Positions 29,254-37,297 of a stretch of DNA of 64,000 nucleotides are shown piece after piece. Within the stretch, counting starts at the first letter, position 1. Each line of letters begins with the position of its first letter. Under the pieces are notes generated by a model. That model made no database searches, was not told where the DNA came from, and worked only from the letters and a program-made list of their open reading frames with translations. The translations under genes and the position numbers were made by a program. The DNA is from an uncultured Candidatus Saccharibacteria bacterium (GTDB lineage: Bacteria; Patescibacteriota; CPR2; UBA1875; CAIMLA01), in NCBI GenBank assembly GCA_964501135.1, contig CAZCRI010000002.1, positions 29,644 to 93,643 of the forward strand, in the 5' to 3' direction.

Positions 29254-29439
29254 TCGTATATTATCCCTGTTTAGACCCCTTAAAACTAGTGGACAAGTTT
29301 CGGCTTCAATCTATAAAAATAGACTGTTCAATACTTAAATTTTCAAGTATAATGCACGTGTTTTGCAGCTTTGGTAGAAAGAACATGGCGACGGCAATTT
29401 GGCAGATAACTCTGCCAAAAGAGATGAAAGGAGTCCGCT

Positions 29440-29586
29440 ATGTGCGGAGAGCTTGCGGCAGGATTCTCGGGCGACATCAGCTGGGTTGGGAGGTGCCAAC
29501 CGGCTCCGGAACTCGACGAGGACGTCCCGAAGGAGACTACGGAGTCTGACACAGAGGATAGCGCAATCGCCACAGAGGGTACCTAG
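29440..29586 (+). CDS. candidate small acidic protein (48 aa) with strong SD
   Basis: GAAAGGAG 6 nt upstream of ATG; upstream TATAAT at 29348-29353; hairpin AGGACG/CGTCCT directly after stop; overlapping alternative frames exist in this GC-rich stretch. Confidence 0.3.
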   Translation: MCGELAAGFSGDISWVGRCQPAPELDEDVPKETTESDTEDSAIATEGT

Positions 29587-29720
29587 GACGGCGCCACGTC
29601 GTCCTAAGCCACCTCTCAGCACCGACGCCTACCCTACTACCATCTACCGTCACCTTGGTGACAATCTGCACAAACTAGGCCGGATCCCTACCATTGGGGC
29701 CCGGCCTTGTGCCTTTTTAC

Positions 29721-30314
29721 CTATTTAGCACCGTAAACCACAAAACCTTGGTGGCGGAGATCTTCTGCCAACTTCTTTTCTGCAATCTGAGCTTCTTCTT
29801 TTGTTTTGAATGCCTTGTAACCCGAATATAGATCTGGTCGCAAAATAGGATTCTCTGCCTTGCGAATCTTTACCGAAGAATTATAGCCCGCAATATGCTG
29901 TACTAGACGGACTTCCGGATCATAAATCGACTGCCCTACATAAACTTTCTTCGGGTTATTATCGAGTTCCACGACATAGATTTGCCAGAAATCTTTCTGC
30001 AGATGAGCACCAGCAATAACTTGGTAATTCTTTTCAGTGAGAACCTCAACCTGCTCTAATACCAGCGCTTTGGCTGCTTCCTCTGTTATGACTGGCATTA
30101 TCTTTGCTGATTTCTCAATCAACATTACTGGTTTCTTGCCGTGTCGGACACTGCGAATAAATTTCTCGAAGCATTTCTGGATATGTTCCTGACTATACTG
30201 AATGAACAGTTTGCGAGAACCTTTGCTTATTTCAAAAATATATACCTGATAGGGAATATTGTCTGGTTTGATTTCTGATATGTTTTTGTTTTCCATGAGG
30301 GCATTGTATCTCAT
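29721..30314 (-). CDS. protein with C-terminal GIY-YIG nuclease-like domain and unknown N-terminal domain
   Basis: QIYVVEL (GIY), 10 aa, KVYVGQS (YIG), PEVRLVQH (R..H), downstream N and E; 197 aa. Confidence 0.55.
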   Translation of the reverse strand: MRYNALMENKNISEIKPDNIPYQVYIFEISKGSRKLFIQYSQEHIQKCFEKFIRSVRHGKKPVMLIEKSAKIMPVITEEAAKALVLEQVEVLTEKNYQVIAGAHLQKDFWQIYVVELDNNPKKVYVGQSIYDPEVRLVQHIAGYNSSVKIRKAENPILRPDLYSGYKAFKTKEEAQIAEKKLAEDLRHQGFVVYGAK

Positions 30315-30352
30315 TTTTGTGCTTAATGACAGGTTTTTATACTCTTACGAAA

Positions 30353-30386
30353 GGAGTCCGCGCCGGAGGCGCTTGGCGCGGACTCC
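30353..30386 (-). terminator. perfect 12-bp GC-rich stem-loop terminator downstream of gene 30427..30744
   Basis: GGAGTCCGCGCC ggaggcgctt GGCGCGGACTCC; minus strand followed by TTTCGTAAGAGTAT. Confidence 0.55.
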
Positions 30387-30426
30387 TTCACGGACTTGTG
30401 CATCAGCTCAAGGCTGAATTCGTTGG

Positions 30427-30744
30427 CTACAGACAGAACTTCTCCGGAACATTGAAACGGAAGGGGGTGAATTCCCTCTTCGGACCAGGACGATAGTACC
30501 CAGTGCAAGGACTCTCGTCCTCCGCTTCAATGAGAACGTAGATCTCCCGCCCCCGTAGCTGCTTCTTGAGAAACTCCAGAACGGGGCCTATCCTGCCTCG
30601 TGTGCCTTTGGGTTTGTAGTAGAGGCAGAAATAGAACAAACCCTGGTAGCGCCTCAGGACGACCTCGCCATTCACCCACTGGCGAACGATTTCGGTAGCT
30701 TCCTCTGGTGTTAGAGGACGGTTCTGGGTCTTCTTTTTTGCCAT
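30427..30744 (-). CDS. hypothetical basic protein (105 aa)
   Basis: GAGGGG SD 4-5 nt upstream of ATG; dedicated terminator; no recognisable family. Confidence 0.5.
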   Translation of the reverse strand: MAKKKTQNRPLTPEEATEIVRQWVNGEVVLRRYQGLFYFCLYYKPKGTRGRIGPVLEFLKKQLRGREIYVLIEAEDESPCTGYYRPGPKREFTPFRFNVPEKFCL

Positions 30745-30964
30745 GTTTCCCCTCTCAGCGTATGGGAATACTACAACGAATATACACGGATCCCACTTCT
30801 ATGGCCCGTGAAATACACGTAAACTACTTAGGTGCACCTGGTATATTCTTTACAAACACAGGATTAGATATCTTAGTACAGAATTGTTGCAAAAACAAGT
30901 AAAAGATAAGTGCCCGCCTCCTACGGGACTCATCATTAGGGTCCGGGAAACGGGCACTGGGTCC

Positions 30965-31291
30965 CTAGGAGACCAGGGCGGCAGCGATGAAGGCGAGCAA
31001 CTCGCTCGGCTTGGACGTGTGTACGTGGACTTCCTGAAGGCCACTCGGCCGACGGTCGATAACCTTCACTCCCAGGACGGGAGCGTCCTTGCCCGGCGTG
31101 CAACCGCGAAGTTCAGTGGCCCTGCGAAATGGCCTTGCCGGACGCATCGGCTTCTCGGTAGGCTTGGCACTCTTGTGCGTAATGCGCGCGTCCGGGTCAG
31201 GGCAATCCTCGTGTGCAAGGATTGCTGTCACGTCGCCGAGAAGTGGAAAGACCTTCTCGCTGTGCTTCTCGCGCTGAGATTGTGTCGACAT
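30965..31291 (-). CDS. hypothetical protein (108 aa), GC-rich
   Basis: GGGGAG SD 5 nt upstream of ATG; TTGCAT-18-TATAAT promoter at 31416-31387 on minus strand. Confidence 0.45.
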   Translation of the reverse strand: MSTQSQREKHSEKVFPLLGDVTAILAHEDCPDPDARITHKSAKPTEKPMRPARPFRRATELRGCTPGKDAPVLGVKVIDRRPSGLQEVHVHTSKPSELLAFIAAALVS

Positions 31292-31421
31292 TCGTTCTCC
31301 CCTGTCGATGTCTACAAGATGGAAAGACTACCAATACTCCTTTCAACATGATGCAATCGCATCCTGGAATTCCGTAGAATGCTAAGATTATATTCCTAGG
31401 GTAAGGCCAAATGCAAGGCCT

Positions 31422-32426
31422 TTAGATATCCCAGGCGAAGCTATTCCCAAAGTGACCCTTGGAGGCAGTTTGTCGATAGACTGGATCTTTAAGTCCCAAG
31501 AAGTCGATAATTCCTTTTGGAGAGAGGTCATACTCTTTATTCTCTAGCAAGTTCAATTCCTGCTCACCATCGATTATTGCGATAGCCATCACGGGCTGTA
31601 TCACACCGATGCTATAGGCAAGCTTCACCAGCACTTCGTTACAGTCGAGCTTTCTAAGATAATCAACGGCAATTCGACGCGCCATGTAGGCAGCGCTACG
31701 ATCAACCTTGGTGGCATCCTTACCGCTATAGCAACCTCCACCGATCGGTATCTGCGGTCCGTAATTATCTACAGCTAGCTTACGACCAGTTAGTCCAGTG
31801 TCCGCAGTAAAACCACCTATAGAGAAATCCCCTGTTGGATTAATGTGAATGTGTTTTGGTTTTAGAGTTTCTGCCAACTCGCGAAGGGGAGCAAAATCTG
31901 CCCCCGGTTGGTGTTGTGCGCTTATAACAACCGTATCGACACTGCCATCTTCGGCCAAGGTAACTTGGCTTTTGGCGTCAGGGCCAAAACCTGCTGGCAA
32001 GGCATGAATTAGCTTTCGCGAGAGGTAAAGTTCTTGTGGTATCATCGCTTCGTTTTCGTTACAAGCATATCCAATCATAATTCCCTGGTCGCCTGCCCCA
32101 CCAACATCAACGCCTTGGGCGATTTCTGGACTTTGATGCACTACATTCGTAAACACCTGTAGAGTATCTTCATAGCCAATTTCCGTATAAACATTTTGTA
32201 CAATTAAGCTTAAATCAAAGTGCGCCTTCGAAGTCACTTCACCGGTTATATATACCTGCCCATGTCCTCCCATAACTTCAACAGCGACTCTACTAAGAGG
32301 GTCCTGCTCTAAATATCTATCCAAGATAGCGTCCGATATTTGGTCACAAACCTTATCCGGGTGCCCCATACTGACGCACTCTGCGGTTCTCATTCCTTTA
32401 CTTCTAAAGTATTCATTATTATCCAT
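31422..32426 (-). CDS. metK: S-adenosylmethionine synthetase
   Basis: GHPDKVCDQISDAILD N-terminus and MetK central/C-terminal domains; 334 aa (short form). Confidence 0.85.
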   Translation of the reverse strand: MDNNEYFRSKGMRTAECVSMGHPDKVCDQISDAILDRYLEQDPLSRVAVEVMGGHGQVYITGEVTSKAHFDLSLIVQNVYTEIGYEDTLQVFTNVVHQSPEIAQGVDVGGAGDQGIMIGYACNENEAMIPQELYLSRKLIHALPAGFGPDAKSQVTLAEDGSVDTVVISAQHQPGADFAPLRELAETLKPKHIHINPTGDFSIGGFTADTGLTGRKLAVDNYGPQIPIGGGCYSGKDATKVDRSAAYMARRIAVDYLRKLDCNEVLVKLAYSIGVIQPVMAIAIIDGEQELNLLENKEYDLSPKGIIDFLGLKDPVYRQTASKGHFGNSFAWDI

Positions 32427-32440
32427 TATGTTTCCTTTCT

Positions 32441-32597
32441 TTAATAATCAAAATATCTCTTTCCACTGAAAGAGATAAGGTCGACCTTTCCTATTAGGAC
32501 TTATCGCTCCACTCACGTGGCTAGCATTAGCACCCTACTTGTCTTGGGGTTGCCGGCAGGTCATTGGGCTAGTTCCCTATCTGCGCTCTCGATATAT
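32441..32597 (-). promoter_or_regulatory. SAM-I (S-box) riboswitch with terminator/antiterminator expression platform in the metK leader
   Basis: Minus strand reads AUAUCGAGAG-CGCAGAUAGGGAACUAGCCCAAUGACCUGCCGGCAACC-...-GGGUGCUAAUGC-UAGCCACGUGAGUGG-AGCGAUAAG, matching SAM-I core elements (UAUCGAGAG, AGGGA..GCCC.AUGA, CCGGCAACC, GGUGCUAAU, P1 GAUAAG); downstream CUUAUC antiterminator partner overlaps terminator ATCTCTTTC/GAAAGAGAT (32455-32476) + U-tract, 15 nt before the metK ATG. Confidence 0.7.
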
Positions 32598-32629
32598 TTG
32601 ATTGTACTAAAATTATATAGGCTAACCCC

Positions 32630-32667
32630 GGATAAATCAAATAATCCCCACCAAATCGGTGGGGATT
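32630..32667 (-). terminator. intrinsic terminator downstream of the DEAD-box helicase gene
   Basis: AATCCCCACC/GGTGGGGATT 10-bp stem then ATTATTTGATTTAT on minus strand. Confidence 0.6.
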
Positions 32668-32674
32668 ATAATTT

Positions 32675-33901
32675 TTACTCTACAAACGTCAGGGCTTTAC
32701 CGAGACTGTGCCCACGACCCGTACGGCCAATTCGATGAACATAGTCATCATAAGTTTTAGGGGTCGTGTAGTTGATTACATGTGAAACATCCTTGATATC
32801 AAGTCCACGAGCGGCAACATCTGTTGCAACCAGGATCTTGATTCTTTCATCCTTGAAGTCACGAAGTGCTTTCTGACGTTGTCCTTGGCGCTTATCGCCA
32901 TGAATGGATTCAGCCTTGAAACCGTTTTCGATAAGTTCAACGGCCAATCTTTCGACATCACGTTTGGTTTCTGAAAAGATGATAACCTTCTCCATTTCTG
33001 GCTGAGCCAAAAGCTCATGAAGCTTAGCTTTCTTTTCGAAACGAGTGGTCTTAATAACTTCCTGATGAACGTTTACTGCAGTTTCACCGCTACTAACCTT
33101 CACTGTGATTGGATTTTTTGCAAAACTTTCGGTAAGTCGAGCGATCTTTTCTGGCATGGTAGCTGAAAAGAATAGACTTTGGCGTTCTGTTGGTAGTTGT
33201 GACAAGAAATAGCGGATTTCATCCACAAATCCCATATCTAGCATGCGGTCCACCTCATCTAGAACAACATTATTGAAGCTTGAAAACGTGATGAACCCAC
33301 GGTTAGCAAGGTCCTTCAGACGACCGGGTGTTCCAATTACGAAATCCTGGCGCATACGCAATGAAGCTATTTGCTTGCCAATAGGTAAGCCGCCTACACA
33401 TGAGGTATAGAATATCTTCATTCCCCATGAAAATTTGCGTAATTCGTCTTCGATCTGAAGAGCAAGCTCACGAGTCGGTGCAATTACAAGTACCTTCTGA
33501 GAACGATCCTGATAAACTTTATTGATCAAAGGTAATAGAAAGGCTGCAGTTTTACCCGTGCCTGTATTTGCAAGTCCGATAAGATCACGACCGGAAATAA
33601 TTGCCTCGATAGATTGATCCTGAATCGGTGTCGGTACACTATATCCTTGTTTTACCAAATTCGCCTGTAGTGGCTCGATGAAGGCAAAATCCGTAAACTT
33701 ACTAGTTACTTCAATTACTGGTACTGGATTAGCGCTTGCCTTCTTGGCGTTACGCTCTATAAAAGCATGAATATCAATCTTGCTTTCACCTTTGTTGCGA
33801 CCGTTCTTTGAAGGTCCAAAAGTTCTGTTTGATCCGCGTGAACGGAAATTGCTAGGGCTCTTCTTGATAAAAGACCCCTTGGAGGAGTTGATTTTTTGCA
33901 T
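32675..33901 (-). CDS. DEAD-box ATP-dependent RNA helicase
   Basis: Q-motif, GTGKTAAF, DEVD, SAT, HRIGRTGRG motifs; basic N-terminal tail. Confidence 0.85.
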   Translation of the reverse strand: MQKINSSKGSFIKKSPSNFRSRGSNRTFGPSKNGRNKGESKIDIHAFIERNAKKASANPVPVIEVTSKFTDFAFIEPLQANLVKQGYSVPTPIQDQSIEAIISGRDLIGLANTGTGKTAAFLLPLINKVYQDRSQKVLVIAPTRELALQIEDELRKFSWGMKIFYTSCVGGLPIGKQIASLRMRQDFVIGTPGRLKDLANRGFITFSSFNNVVLDEVDRMLDMGFVDEIRYFLSQLPTERQSLFFSATMPEKIARLTESFAKNPITVKVSSGETAVNVHQEVIKTTRFEKKAKLHELLAQPEMEKVIIFSETKRDVERLAVELIENGFKAESIHGDKRQGQRQKALRDFKDERIKILVATDVAARGLDIKDVSHVINYTTPKTYDDYVHRIGRTGRGHSLGKALTFVE

Positions 33902-34023
33902 GGTTTCCCTTTTCCGGCATTTGCCGGTTATTACTTTTATCGATTCGATCTAGAGAACAAAAGAATCGCATAAGCAACCTGCAATCTATAGAACAAATTC
34001 GTTATGCAATAATAGCAGATAAT

Positions 34024-34611
34024 TTAGTTATTGTCAATGATTACTTTGGGCCCTAAGTGGCGTTTACGGTATTCTGCGACAATCATTTCGACCACCTCAT
34101 CTATAGAGTGTCGGGCCGTATCAATGACCAAGTCATAATGTTTTTCTTGGGTGTAGTCGAGTTCATAGAGTTTTGCGTACCTCTTTAGCTCGCTTGTTAT
34201 CCGGGTCTCAATATCAATTTTAACGTCTTGGATAGTACTAGCCGTCTGACTCATACGCCCACCAACCTGAATCTGGGTAAAAACCCTTTTGGCGGCAGTA
34301 TCAGGGTCCAGCTTAAGGTAAACCTTGAAGGAGTCTGGAATCCAATGAAAGGCAGTCCGCGAATCAATCACTACGTCTTTTTCCTGAACTCCGATATCAC
34401 GCAACCTCTGGTCGACACGGAAATCAATTTCCTTCTCGTCCTCGACTATCTTATTAAGGCTGGCGATATCCACCCCATACTCCGAGGCAATATCACGAAA
34501 AATATCACCTGAAGAAAAATGACTATACCCAAGATGGGTGGCCACTTTCTTGGCGGTAGTCGATTTTCCCGCCCCAGGTACTCCCGCAATTGTAATTATT
34601 GGCTTCTTCAT
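34024..34611 (-). CDS. cmk: cytidylate kinase-like nucleoside monophosphate kinase
   Basis: P-loop GVPGAGKST at N-terminus, 195 aa NMP-kinase fold; family assignment from architecture and context. Confidence 0.55.
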   Translation of the reverse strand: MKKPIITIAGVPGAGKSTTAKKVATHLGYSHFSSGDIFRDIASEYGVDIASLNKIVEDEKEIDFRVDQRLRDIGVQEKDVVIDSRTAFHWIPDSFKVYLKLDPDTAAKRVFTQIQVGGRMSQTASTIQDVKIDIETRITSELKRYAKLYELDYTQEKHYDLVIDTARHSIDEVVEMIVAEYRKRHLGPKVIIDNN

Positions 34612-34679
34612 ATTCCGACTATTCTACAAATATATTACCCTAGTATCAATAAAGAAAGCCCCCTGAGGGGCTTTGAAAG

Positions 34680-35900
34680 TTATTTTATTCCTGGCACCGG
34701 TTTATCAACAACCAACTTTGCCACCTCGGCTCTAACCTCTTCGTAAATCGCTTCATTTTCCACATTTCGTAGCGTCTTTACTAGTAGCTCGGCTACCTTA
34801 GTCGCATCTTCCTCTTTGAAGCCTCTGGTAGTAATTGCAGCCGTTCCAACTCGTATTCCAGAGGTAACAAAAGGACTCTCTGGATCGTTTGGAATTGCGT
34901 TTTTGTTAACGGTAATGTGAACCCTATCTAGTTCCTTCTCTGCTACCTTACCTGTAACTCCTAAGCTACGCAAATCTAGGAGCAATAGGTGGTTATCTGA
35001 ACCTCCCGAGACCATATTTACGCCCTCTGCTTCAAAAACGCGCTGCATGGCTTGTACGTTGGCCACAACCTGTTTTGTGTACTGTTTAAACTCAGGTTTT
35101 AGTGCCTCACCGAAGCAAACCGCCTTTGCTGCAATGATGTGTTCTAGAGGGCCACCTTGCATGCCAGGGAACACCGCCTTATCAACCGCTTTAGCGTATT
35201 TTTCTTTACAAAGAATGACTCCCCCACGTGGACCGCGCAAAGTCTTGTGGGTAGTTGTAGTCACAATGTCAGCATATGGGATTGGTGAAGGATGAATACC
35301 AGTAGCAACTAATCCGGCAATATGAGCCATATCCACCATCAGCATTGCTCCGACTTTGTCGGCAATCTCCCGAAAGCGTTTAAAATCAATCTCACGAGGG
35401 TAAGCGCTAGCTCCCGCTACAATCAGCCTTGGCTTATGCTCAAGAGCAAGTTTCTCAATATTGTCATAGTCAAGATAACCTTCTGGTGTGAGTCCATAAG
35501 AAACAAAGTTATAAAACTTTCCCGAAAAGTTGACCGCGCTGCCGTGCGTCAAGTGTCCACCCTGATCAAGGGATTGACCCATGACGGTATCCCCAAGCTC
35601 AATAATAGCAAAATAGGCCGCAATATTTGCGCTAGCACCACTATGAGGTTGGACATTGGCATGGTCGGCACCAAAAAGTTTTTTTACCCTTTCTCGTGCA
35701 AGGTCTTCTACCCTGTCGATGTATTCACAACCGCCGTAATAGCGATGTGAGGGTGTTCCTTCGGCGTATTTATTGGTAAGAATCGATCCCGCAGCGGCCA
35801 AAACGTCCTCCGAGACGTAATTTTCGCTTGCAATCAACTCAATCCCGTTTTTCTGTCTCCCTTTTTCTAGTTCTATGATGTCAAAAATTTCTGTATCCAT
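34680..35900 (-). CDS. glyA: serine hydroxymethyltransferase
   Basis: 406 aa; PLP-lysine motif [14 protein letters not shown]. Confidence 0.9.
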   Translation of the reverse strand: MDTEIFDIIELEKGRQKNGIELIASENYVSEDVLAAAGSILTNKYAEGTPSHRYYGGCEYIDRVEDLARERVKKLFGADHANVQPHSGASANIAAYFAIIELGDTVMGQSLDQGGHLTHGSAVNFSGKFYNFVSYGLTPEGYLDYDNIEKLALEHKPRLIVAGASAYPREIDFKRFREIADKVGAMLMVDMAHIAGLVATGIHPSPIPYADIVTTTTHKTLRGPRGGVILCKEKYAKAVDKAVFPGMQGGPLEHIIAAKAVCFGEALKPEFKQYTKQVVANVQAMQRVFEAEGVNMVSGGSDNHLLLLDLRSLGVTGKVAEKELDRVHITVNKNAIPNDPESPFVTSGIRVGTAAITTRGFKEEDATKVAELLVKTLRNVENEAIYEEVRAEVAKLVVDKPVPGIK

Positions 35901-35981
35901 GTTATTTACCTCACTTTATATCAAATAATCTAAGTAACTCGAGAGAACTAGTCTAATAAAAAATATTTGTGTTTCCAATAA

Positions 35982-36806
35982 TCATAGTTCGCTCGCTTTC
36001 AGCACATTCGAGAGAAGCATTGAAACTGTCATCGGTCCTACCCCACCCGGACTTGGAGTAATAAAGGCCGCCTTCTGCGCTACATTTTTATAGTCTACAT
36101 CACCGACAATCTTACCCTGATAGAGAGAGGTGCCAATATCAATAACTACAGCGCCCTCCTTAATCATATCAGCTTTCACTAGGTTTCTCTTACCAACAGC
36201 CGAGATTACGATGTCAGACTCTACGGTAATCTCCTTGAGGTTTTTGGTAAGGCTATTTGCGCTAAGTACCGTGGCCTCCTCGTTAAGAAGCATTTGGGCC
36301 AATGGGCGCCCCACCAAGTTACTTTGTCCGATTACAGACACCCTCTTACCCGCTATATCTATCCGATAATAACGAAGAAGGTTAATTACTCCTTCTGGTG
36401 TAGCGGGGTATAACCCTGGGAGCCCCTTAATAAGTCTACCCAGGTTTATAGAAGAGAGACCATCAACATCCTTGTTTGGTGCAATCGCCTCCAGTAGCTC
36501 ATTTGGGACGTATTCGCCTGGCAGAGGTAACTGAATTAAAATGCCAGTTGTCTTTTTGTCCTTGTTCAGTTTAGAAATAAGTTTTAGGACATCTGTTTGT
36601 TTTCCGTTAGCATCAAAACGCCAGAGAGTCATAGTAATTCCGACTCGCTCACAGGCCTGCTTCTTCAATTGAACGTATTTCTCACTTGCTGGATCGTCGC
36701 CAATTAGAATTACTGCCAAAGAATACTTGCGCTTCGCTGACACAATCGCATCTTTGACGCCTTCTTCAATTGCTTTAGCTAGCTCACGGCCAGACATCTC
36801 TACCAT
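35982..36806 (-). CDS. folD: methylenetetrahydrofolate dehydrogenase/cyclohydrolase
   Basis: 274 aa; FolD catalytic and Rossmann domains. Confidence 0.85.
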   Translation of the reverse strand: MVEMSGRELAKAIEEGVKDAIVSAKRKYSLAVILIGDDPASEKYVQLKKQACERVGITMTLWRFDANGKQTDVLKLISKLNKDKKTTGILIQLPLPGEYVPNELLEAIAPNKDVDGLSSINLGRLIKGLPGLYPATPEGVINLLRYYRIDIAGKRVSVIGQSNLVGRPLAQMLLNEEATVLSANSLTKNLKEITVESDIVISAVGKRNLVKADMIKEGAVVIDIGTSLYQGKIVGDVDYKNVAQKAAFITPSPGGVGPMTVSMLLSNVLKASEL

Positions 36807-37297
36807 TAACGCTCCAAAACTACATAACTAATTTTATACCCACCAGACTCAGAAGCAACTGCTTCGATTGAATGAAATTCATTTTCATATTCTGGAAAGA
36901 AAGTATCGGCGTCAGTGACCTCGGCATCTACAACTGTAAGATATAGTCTATCGGCATCCTTGATCGCCTGCGAGTAAACATAGCCACCACCGATTACAAA
37001 TATTTCTTCCTGGTCGGACTGAGAAGCGATGTCGTATGCTTCTTCTAGGCTGTGAGCTACCGCCGCGCCCTCGATTTTGATATCATCTGGAGTAAGTATG
37101 ATATTGAGCCTACCAGGTAACAAGAAGGGTAATGACTGATAAGTCTTGTACCCCATTATCACGGGGTGACCGTGGGTAATCTTTTTAAAGTGCGCCAGAT
37201 CCTCGGGCAACTCAAAAAGCAGCTGGTTGTTCCTGCCAATCGCTCTATTACCCGCAGCTACCGCCGCAATAATGCTAATTATTGGTTTTCTCGTCAT
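36806..37297 (-). CDS. folA: dihydrofolate reductase
   Basis: ISIIAAVAAGNRAIG... DHFR core (~163 aa); start placed at MTRKP, overlapping the thyA 3' end by ~23 nt. Confidence 0.75.
   Translation of the reverse strand: MTRKPIISIIAAVAAGNRAIGRNNQLLFELPEDLAHFKKITHGHPVIMGYKTYQSLPFLLPGRLNIILTPDDIKIEGAAVAHSLEEAYDIASQSDQEEIFVIGGGYVYSQAIKDADRLYLTVVDAEVTDADTFFPEYENEFHSIEAVASESGGYKISYVVLER

Noticed and set aside
29247-29728. Overlapping + strand ORFs 29247..29549 and Arg-rich 29399..29728; also 25955..26440 + and 30884..31351 +
   Set aside because: These occur in GC-rich blocks where all frames stay open. The compositions (Arg/Leu/Pro-rich) are typical of antisense or out-of-frame artefacts. The partners with SD sequences were preferred.
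29429-30360. Two copies of GAAAGGAGTCCGC resembling the RNase P P4 motif AGGAAAGUCCGGGC
   Set aside because: Similarity is limited to GAAAG..GUCCG. No surrounding RNase P helices (P2/P3/P10-12) could be identified, and one copy is simply an SD plus hairpin stem.
30323-30508. 61-aa ORF on minus strand
   Set aside because: It overlaps the 12-bp terminator hairpin and the 3' end of the 105-aa gene in another frame, and has no SD.
25788-31393. Shared 8-mer AAGATTAT near both edges of the GC-rich island as possible att/direct repeat
   Set aside because: Only 8 nt, which is expected by chance in windows of this size. No extended flanking identity.
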